Origin: Alphaproteobacteria bacterium
GTDB lineage: Bacteria > Pseudomonadota > Alphaproteobacteria > Bin95
Reading direction: 5' to 3'
Assembly: GCA_963665325.3 (NCBI GenBank)
Contig: OZ224045.1
Coordinates: forward strand, 704,001 to 768,000
DNA length: 64,000 nt
Shown here one piece after another: positions 57,664-64,000 of this stretch (the first letter of the stretch is position 1; every line of letters starts with the position of its first letter). Under the pieces are notes generated by a model, which was not told the DNA's origin, ran no database searches, and saw nothing but the letters and a program-made list of their open reading frames with translations. The translations under genes and the position numbers were made by a program.

Positions 57664-58896
57664 TCAGGCGAGTGCGTCGAGGGCAGCTTCCAGCTGCGGA
57701 CGGTGCTGCGGGTCGGCAATCGCGATCATCGCGCGGGCGCGCTCCTGCAAGGACCGCCCGGCGAGTTCCGCAATGCCGTGCTCGGTGACAACCGCGTCGG
57801 CGTCCGCCCGCGCCGTCGTAACCGGCCCCGACAGGCGGGCCACGATCCGCGAATGCTGCCCGGCCGTCGACGGCAAGGCCACGATGCCCCGGCCTCCCGG
57901 GCTGTGCAGGGACGCGCGCTGAAAATCTCCCTGTCCGCCAATAGCGCCGACGTAGCGCCCGTTCAGCGCCTCGGCATTCACCTGCCCCGTCAGATCGACC
58001 TCGATGGCGGAGTTGATGGCGAAGAAGCGCTCCAGAGTCGCAAGCACCCGCGCGCCGTGGATGTGGTCGGACCCCCGCATCCCGAAAGCAGGATTGCGGT
58101 CCACATAGCGGTAGAGCCGGGGCGTTCCGAACAGGAAACCGGCCGAAACGAGGCCGGGGTCGGTCTCCCTGTACCGGTTCGTTACGGCGCCGCTCTCGAT
58201 GAAATCAACTGCGGCCTCGTCCAGCAGACCAGTGTGAATTGCAAGGTCGCGCTTGCCGGCCAGCGCCTGCTGCACCGCTGCGGGAATCGAGCCGATGCCG
58301 AACTCGAGCGTCGCGCGATCTGGCACCAGCCGCGCCACATGCCCGCCGATGGCGTGCTCGACCGGGCCCGGCCGGCGTGGGGGCAGCAGTTCCAGGGGCG
58401 CTGCGGCGGGAACCAGAATGTCGATGCACTCCTCGCCGATGAGTGCGTCGCCGCCGGTCCAGGGCAGGTTCGGGTTTTCCTGCGCGATCACCTTGGTCCC
58501 GTTTGCCATATAGGCCGGGTTATGGCCCACAACGGTGCCCAGGCTCCGCCGGCCGGACGTGTCCGGGGGCGTCACCTGAATGATCATGAGGTCGGGGCGC
58601 AGATCTGCCATTCGGGAATAGTGAGAGGGTCGAATATCGACCGCCCCGCGCTCGAAGAGGTCGAAATAGCGGAACAGCGTGCAATAGGTGGAGATGTCGA
58701 AGCGGGAAGGGTCGATTTCCCGGAGCGTGTCGGACAAGGTGACGCCGATGAACAGCCTGGCCTTCAAGCGCTCCTGCTGGGCGATCAGCTTCGCCGTCAG
58801 CGCGGTCGGCTCACCCGAACCTTCGGACCAGGTAACGAGCGCGCCGGAGGGAATGACCCGCGCGAAGTCGAGCCGCTCCAGAGGACAGACTTCCAT
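57664..58896 (-). CDS. Acetyl-CoA hydrolase/CoA-transferase (4-hydroxybutyrate CoA-transferase-like)
   Basis: GIGSIP, INSAIEVDLTGQVNAE, GGQGDF and VVTEHG motifs. Confidence 0.92.
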   Translation of the reverse strand: MEVCPLERLDFARVIPSGALVTWSEGSGEPTALTAKLIAQQERLKARLFIGVTLSDTLREIDPSRFDISTYCTLFRYFDLFERGAVDIRPSHYSRMADLRPDLMIIQVTPPDTSGRRSLGTVVGHNPAYMANGTKVIAQENPNLPWTGGDALIGEECIDILVPAAAPLELLPPRRPGPVEHAIGGHVARLVPDRATLEFGIGSIPAAVQQALAGKRDLAIHTGLLDEAAVDFIESGAVTNRYRETDPGLVSAGFLFGTPRLYRYVDRNPAFGMRGSDHIHGARVLATLERFFAINSAIEVDLTGQVNAEALNGRYVGAIGGQGDFQRASLHSPGGRGIVALPSTAGQHSRIVARLSGPVTTARADADAVVTEHGIAELAGRSLQERARAMIAIADPQHRPQLEAALDALA

Positions 58897-58899
58897 CCG

Positions 58900-59157
58900 T
58901 CAGCTGCATCCGAACGGGAAGAAACGGAGCGCGAAGCGTTGCGCGTCGTCATTGTGCTCGAACCAGAAGACCTGGGTAAGGTCGGGTTCCAGCACCGCCG
59001 TCCAGGGATGCACCAGTTCCTTCTCGCACCAGGCGATCATCGGCCGGGGATCGCGGCGGGCCGGCGGCGTGCTTCGGGGACGCCACATGCTGCGTTTCGG
59101 AAGGATGCGCACCGGATACCAGGTCTCCGGCGGCAGCTCTGCTGACCCCTGCTCCAT
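58900..59157 (-). CDS. Small hypothetical protein
   Basis: 85-aa ORF filling the gap, with a WC...W...FWFE..DA..FAL pattern. Confidence 0.55.
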   Translation of the reverse strand: MEQGSAELPPETWYPVRILPKRSMWRPRSTPPARRDPRPMIAWCEKELVHPWTAVLEPDLTQVFWFEHNDDAQRFALRFFPFGCS

Positions 59158-59199
59158 GATCGGCTAGTCTGGCCGGACCTGCGGCGGGGACGCAAGCCC

Positions 59200-60390
59200 A
59201 TGACTTTCGAACTGACGGACCGGCAGCGCGCCTTGCAGTCGGCGGCGAGGGAATTGGCCGAAGGGCCCGTGGTGGCGCGCGCGGCCGAGGTGGACCGGAC
59301 CGAAGCCTATCCCTGGGATCATGTCGAGCGCCTCGTCGAAGCAGGCTTCGTGGGCATGACGATTCCCGAATCCTATGGGGGAGGGGGACGCTCCTGGCTC
59401 GACGCCGTGCTGGTTATCGAGGAGATGTCGAAGGCGTGCTCGGTTACCGGACGCATCGCGGTCGAGACCAATATGGGCGCGATCAGCGCGGTCATGGCCT
59501 ACGGCACAGAAGAGCAGAAGCGCATGGCCGCCGACATGGTGCTGGCGGGCGACAAGCCGGCGATTTGCATTACGGAGCCGGAAGCCGGGTCCTCCGCCGG
59601 CGAAATGACCACGAGGGCGGACCAGCGCGGCAACCGCTATGTCCTGAACGGCGGCAAGCACTGGATCACCGGCGGCGGCGTGTCGCGCCTGCATCTGATC
59701 TTCGCGCGGGTGTTCGACCGGGACGGCGAGGAGCAGGGGATCGGGGGCTTTCTGGCAATTCGCGACGAGACCGAGGGGCTTCGGATCGTCCGGCGCGAGC
59801 CGACCATGGGCCTGCGCGGCATTCCGGAAGCGGAGATCGCATTCGAGGACATGGAGCTCCCGCCCTCCATGATGCTGATGCCGCCGCGTGGCCTCAAGAA
59901 GGGCTTCGCCGACCTGATGACCGCCTATAACAGCCAGCGCGTCGGCGCGGCGACGGTGGCGCTCGGCATCGCCGAGGGCGCCTACCGGATGGCGCTCGAC
60001 TGGTCCGAGGAACGCGAGCAGTTCGGCCGGCCGATCAACGAGTTCCAGGGCCTGCAATGGAAGCTCGCCGATATGTCCATCAAGCTCGCCGCCAGCCGGG
60101 CGCTGGTCTATGGCGCGGCGCGAAGCGGCGAAGACGGTTTCCCCGACATGCTTCTGGCTGCGCAAGCGAAGGTGATGACCTCCGAGAGCGCGATCCAGGT
60201 GGTCAACGACGCGCTCCAGTTCTTCGGCGCGCGGGGCTATTCGCGCAACCGCCCGCTGGAGCGAATGGCGCGCGACGTGCGCATGTTCACCATCGGCGGC
60301 GGCACGGCCGAAGTGCTTCGCAATGTCGTCGCCGGCGCGATCCTCGGCAAGAAGCTGCCCCAGACGCGGGACGGATACCTCAAGGCCTAG
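59200..60390 (+). CDS. acdA: Acyl-CoA dehydrogenase family, 3-sulfinopropionyl-CoA desulfinase-like
   Basis: ACAD motifs plus GRIAVETNMG, AICITEP, YNSQRVGA and MFTIGGGT (no catalytic Glu). Confidence 0.8.
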   Translation: MTFELTDRQRALQSAARELAEGPVVARAAEVDRTEAYPWDHVERLVEAGFVGMTIPESYGGGGRSWLDAVLVIEEMSKACSVTGRIAVETNMGAISAVMAYGTEEQKRMAADMVLAGDKPAICITEPEAGSSAGEMTTRADQRGNRYVLNGGKHWITGGGVSRLHLIFARVFDRDGEEQGIGGFLAIRDETEGLRIVRREPTMGLRGIPEAEIAFEDMELPPSMMLMPPRGLKKGFADLMTAYNSQRVGAATVALGIAEGAYRMALDWSEEREQFGRPINEFQGLQWKLADMSIKLAASRALVYGAARSGEDGFPDMLLAAQAKVMTSESAIQVVNDALQFFGARGYSRNRPLERMARDVRMFTIGGGTAEVLRNVVAGAILGKKLPQTRDGYLKA

Positions 60391-60424
60391 CCGGGGCCTG
60401 AGCGGCGCAACGCGGGAGTCTGAC

Positions 60425-61294
60425 ATGAGCCGACTGTTCACCGAAGCCGGGTCCGCCGATATCGTCGTCGAGCGGCTGGCGGGGTGCGGGGATCCCCGGT
60501 TCCGCGAAGTCATGGAGTCCGCCATCCGGCACCTGCATGCCTTCGTGAAGGATGTGCAGCCCACCGTCGAGGAGTGGGCGAGGGCCATCGAGTTCCTGAC
60601 CGCAACCGGGCAGATGTGCGACGACCGGCGCCAGGAGTGGGTGCTGGCCTCCGACGTCCTGGGAGTTTCCATGCTGGTGGAGACGCTTAACAACCGCGCC
60701 AAGGACGGCAGCACGGAGGCGACGGTGCTCGGACCGTTCCATGTGGACGGTGCGCCGCAGCTGGAGTTCGGCAGCAACATCTGCCGCGATAGCAAAGGGA
60801 TGCCCTGTCACGTGTCGGGCCGCGTCACGGATGTTGACGGCGTGCCCCTTCCCGGGGCGAGCGTGGATATTTGGCAGACGAACGCCGACGGCTATTACGA
60901 CGTCCAGCAGCCCGAAGTGCAACCGGAGATGAACCTTCGCGGGCGTTTTCTGACGGACCCGGACGGGCGCTACGCCTTTCGCACGATCAAGCCGGTGTCG
61001 TACCCGGTGCCCACCGACGGCCCGGTGGGGGATATCCTGACCCGCATGGGCCGCCACGCCTGGCGGCCGGCGCACATCCACTTCATCGTGAGCAAGCCCG
61101 GCTACCGGCGGCTCGTGACGCACATCTTCGCCCACAACGACCCCTACATCGACTCGGACGCCGTTTTCGGGGTCAAGGAGTCCCTGCTGGTCGAGTTCCG
61201 CGAGCACGATGACGACGCGCGGGCGCGCGACCTCGGCGTGGCGTCTCCCTTTTGCACCGCCGAGTTCGACATCCGGCTGACCCGGCAACCATAG
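60425..61294 (+). CDS. Intradiol ring-cleavage dioxygenase (hydroxyquinol 1,2-dioxygenase-like)
   Basis: LASDVLG, GPFH, GYYDVQ, YPVPTDGP, RPAHIH and SDAVFGVK motifs. Confidence 0.92.
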   Translation: MSRLFTEAGSADIVVERLAGCGDPRFREVMESAIRHLHAFVKDVQPTVEEWARAIEFLTATGQMCDDRRQEWVLASDVLGVSMLVETLNNRAKDGSTEATVLGPFHVDGAPQLEFGSNICRDSKGMPCHVSGRVTDVDGVPLPGASVDIWQTNADGYYDVQQPEVQPEMNLRGRFLTDPDGRYAFRTIKPVSYPVPTDGPVGDILTRMGRHAWRPAHIHFIVSKPGYRRLVTHIFAHNDPYIDSDAVFGVKESLLVEFREHDDDARARDLGVASPFCTAEFDIRLTRQP

Positions 61295-61368
61295 CTCGCG
61301 CGCCGCACGGCCATGGTCTAACATGAAAGACCTCAGCAATCGGTGAAACGGCAATATCGGGAGGAACG

Positions 61369-61854
61369 ATGCAAGCCAGAACATTGAGATGGACAGGCGT
61401 CTGCGCTCTCGCCCTCGTCGTGGCGGTTGCGGCGTTCGGTCCGGAGCAGGCCGCGGTTGCCGACCAGCACGGACAGGTGGCGGAAGAGCGAAGCAAGCTC
61501 ATGAAGGGCATGGGCGGCGCGATGCGCACCCTCAAGGGCTTCGTCGAGGGGCGGAACTCGGCCGAGGAGGCGTCCGCAGCGGCAGACGTCATCGCCGCGG
61601 CGGCGCCGAAGATTCCGGATGTCTTCCCGCCGGGCACCGGCATGGGCGCGGACCCGAAGTCCGAGTCGAAGGACGTCATCTGGGAAAAATGGGATGAGTT
61701 CACGGCGGCATCGACGTTGCTCGGGGACAAGGCGGCGGCCCTCAAGACTGCCTTGGCCTCCGGAGATGCCGGCGCCGCGGGCGCCGCGTTCGGAGACCTC
61801 GGCAAGAACGGCTGCGGCGGCTGCCATCGCCAGTTCCGCGAGAAACGGAACTAG
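61369..61854 (+). CDS. Cytochrome c'/c556
   Basis: Signal peptide, R..LMK, IW..WDEF and C-terminal CGGCH. Confidence 0.93.
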   Translation: MQARTLRWTGVCALALVVAVAAFGPEQAAVADQHGQVAEERSKLMKGMGGAMRTLKGFVEGRNSAEEASAAADVIAAAAPKIPDVFPPGTGMGADPKSESKDVIWEKWDEFTAASTLLGDKAAALKTALASGDAGAAGAAFGDLGKNGCGGCHRQFREKRN

Positions 61855-61866
61855 CCCGGACGCCGC

Positions 61867-62553
61867 CTAGAAGACGCGCGCGGCAACCTCGATTCCGCCG
61901 AGGACCGCCGCCGCCGCCAGCACGAGCACGAGGAGTGCGCGCCGGTCGGAGACGAGGCGGGGCGGGGTCTGACCGGCCGCGAGCCGCCCGCGCCCGGTCA
62001 GCATCGCTTTCGTGAGATTCTCCCGCTTGTAGAGAAGGTGGAACAGCACGGCCGCGATGTGGAGGCCGACGAGGATAAGAAGACCATCCACCACCATCGC
62101 GTGTAGTTCGGCAGCCTCCCGTGCCGCGTCATAGCTGACGAGGAAGCTGAGCGGACCGTCGTTGAGCCCGTCCACATCGACCGCGAAGAGCCCGAGGCTC
62201 GCCTGCACGACCAGAACCAGCAGCATCGCGACGACCGACAGTCCGCCGAGCGGGTTGTGCCCGGCGCGCCCGTCGGGCTCGCGCCGGACGAGAGTCGGCA
62301 GATAGGCGACGATCTCCCGCACCGGGCGGATGAAGGCGCGAAATCGGGATGAGGCGCTGCCCGCAAAGCCCCACAATATCCGCGCGGCGACCAGTACCAG
62401 CAGCGCCTGCCCGGCCGGGATATGGATATCGAATCGCCCGTTGCGCCCGCTTAGGTAGCAGACGACGACCAGCACGACGAGGACCCAGTGGAAGACCCGG
62501 GTCGGCCGGTCCCAGACGGGTGCCTCCCTCGGACCTTCTCTACCTTCGGTCAT
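61867..62553 (-). CDS. Cytochrome b (Ni/Fe-hydrogenase cyt b-like)
   Basis: WDRPTRVFHW, GHNPLGG, LHIAAV and ENLTKAMLTG motifs. Confidence 0.9.
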   Translation of the reverse strand: MTEGREGPREAPVWDRPTRVFHWVLVVLVVVCYLSGRNGRFDIHIPAGQALLVLVAARILWGFAGSASSRFRAFIRPVREIVAYLPTLVRREPDGRAGHNPLGGLSVVAMLLVLVVQASLGLFAVDVDGLNDGPLSFLVSYDAAREAAELHAMVVDGLLILVGLHIAAVLFHLLYKRENLTKAMLTGRGRLAAGQTPPRLVSDRRALLVLVLAAAAVLGGIEVAARVF

Positions 62554-62719
62554 GCACCTTCCCCCGCGCCTGGTCCGCAACGCCGGCTGTCTGGAAGGTC
62601 GACGAGGCAAGTGCTGCGTCTGCCAACAGACCGACAAGAGTCGTGGATTTCATTGGTCCCTCCTGTCGCTACTGCGGCGACTTGTACCACCCTGGGATGA
62701 ACGAATGCCAGCCTGGCCT

Positions 62720-63376
62720 TCAAGCCCGGCGCGCCGCTGGCCGCTTACCGGCCGGGAACGCGAACTCATAGCGGCGCAGAACCTCGAAGGCTTCTCCCTG
62801 CTTCGGCTCGACCATCACCGTCACCGCGTCGACCGACAGCGAAGGCGCCGGCCCGGCGAGCATCGCTTCCGCCTCCGCGCGCTCCCGGTCCAGCCCCGCC
62901 TCATCCAGACCCCCGGTCAGGGTCATGTGAAAGCGGAATGCATCCATGACATAGGGGTAGCCCCAGCGTAGCAGCAGCGCTTCCTGGCGCGAACTAAGGC
63001 CCGTCAGGCGTCGGCGAGCCAGTTCCGCTTCCGTCGCCGGCGCCCGAAACCGGTCGAAGGCGGTCACGCAGTCAGCAGCGAGCCGGTCAAGCTCGTCGCA
63101 CGGCTCAGACGGCGTAAGGGCGAGGAAGCCCGCCAGAACGGAGAGGCGAAGCGGCGGCCCCGAAAACGCCCGGCGCCCGGTCGCAAAGCTCTTGGCCGCA
63201 GACAGCAGTTCGGGCTCGCTTTCACCCGCCTTGAGCCGGAACGGCGCCTTCAGCGTGCCATGGAAGCCGTATCGGCGCGGGGCGTCGAGGCAGGAGACCT
63301 TGCGGGCGAACCAAACCGCGCCAAAGCGCTCCAGCGCGCTTTCCGGCGGCGGCGTGAAGTAGATCGCGTATCTCAA
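62720..63376 (-). CDS. DUF1045 family protein (2H phosphoesterase-like)
   Basis: RYAIYFTP, YGFHGTLKAPF and WGYPYV..FRFHMTLT motifs. Confidence 0.88.
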   Translation of the reverse strand: MRYAIYFTPPPESALERFGAVWFARKVSCLDAPRRYGFHGTLKAPFRLKAGESEPELLSAAKSFATGRRAFSGPPLRLSVLAGFLALTPSEPCDELDRLAADCVTAFDRFRAPATEAELARRRLTGLSSRQEALLLRWGYPYVMDAFRFHMTLTGGLDEAGLDRERAEAEAMLAGPAPSLSVDAVTVMVEPKQGEAFEVLRRYEFAFPAGKRPAARRA

Positions 63377-63385
63377 CGCGTGGGC

Positions 63386-63805
63386 CTACTCCGGCTGAGC
63401 GGGCTGCGTTCCCTGCCCCTCCCCGACGACGATGCCCAGGCCTTCGTAAACCGGCGCCAGCCACGGCCATTCCTTCGCGATGGGATGGCGCGCCTCGTAA
63501 CCGACCACGCAAACCGCCAGCGCCAGCAGGCAAAGGACCCAGGTCCACAGGGAGTTCGAGCGCTGTCGCCTTACCGAGCCTGCCGGCACCGGGAGCTGGG
63601 CTCTGTGCGGCGCGGGCTCGGGCTCCGGCGTATCGGCCGGGTGGGAGACCTCGGGTTCGGCGTGGATGACTTCGACGGTGTATCCCGGGGGCTCCGCGTG
63701 CCAGATATATTCGCATCTGCTGCACTTCACCCGCCGTCCCGTCGCGCCCAGCGCCTCGACCTCTACGCGATATCGTGCGATACAGCTTGGACAAATGAGG
63801 ATCAT
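63386..63805 (-). CDS. Zinc-ribbon (MJ0042-type) membrane-anchored protein
   Basis: CPSC..RY...GRRVKCSRC..W followed by a TM helix. Confidence 0.85.
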   Translation of the reverse strand: MILICPSCIARYRVEVEALGATGRRVKCSRCEYIWHAEPPGYTVEVIHAEPEVSHPADTPEPEPAPHRAQLPVPAGSVRRQRSNSLWTWVLCLLALAVCVVGYEARHPIAKEWPWLAPVYEGLGIVVGEGQGTQPAQPE

Positions 63806-64000
63806 GAAAGCGCCTCTGGAATCCCCTGCAGGCGGGGAAAATTTGTATAGGCTGCCGACCGGCTCGAATCAAGGTAAGCGCCACGTGCCGAAAGGCAAAC
63901 GCCGGACTCCTGTCGAGAAGACCGACTGCCGCCCGTTTTCGGCGGCCGCCGGTTCCGCCTGACTGCCGGAACTGCGTTGACGAGCCGCTTCATCGCTCTA

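Overview
GC-rich bacterial window with Alphaproteobacteria-like gene content. The giant Fn3 protein, two toxin-antitoxin pairs and several luciferase-like monooxygenases (LLMs) suggest a host-associated organism, possibly a sponge symbiont (inference only). 1-2998 is the right part of a Mu/IS21-like element (DDE integrase, ExeA-type AAA ATPase, RepA/AAA_25 helicase, iteron-like palindrome, ...ACA end). It is inserted into, and truncates, a 2846-aa Fn3/Calx-beta repeat surface protein. Next come a LysR regulator, a Zur-boxed zinc uptake operon lacking an ATPase, and an LLM/RidA/CCG Fe-S/molybdoenzyme operon. The rest holds uvrC, two VapBC pairs, sugar and LIV-type ABC transporters, an orphan adenine methylase, selA-selB, prpB, a 3-sulfinopropionyl-CoA desulfinase-like gene and cytochromes. 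Main finding: ORFs 31162-31467 and 29743-31143 (minus) are one gene read through an in-frame TGA (GMGC-U-GSC) followed by a SECIS-like hairpin. This gives a ~574-aa UGSC-type selenoprotein, clustered with a Sec-less paralog and a thioredoxin-reductase-like flavoprotein about 10 kb from selAB. All family calls are from motif recognition; no database search was run.
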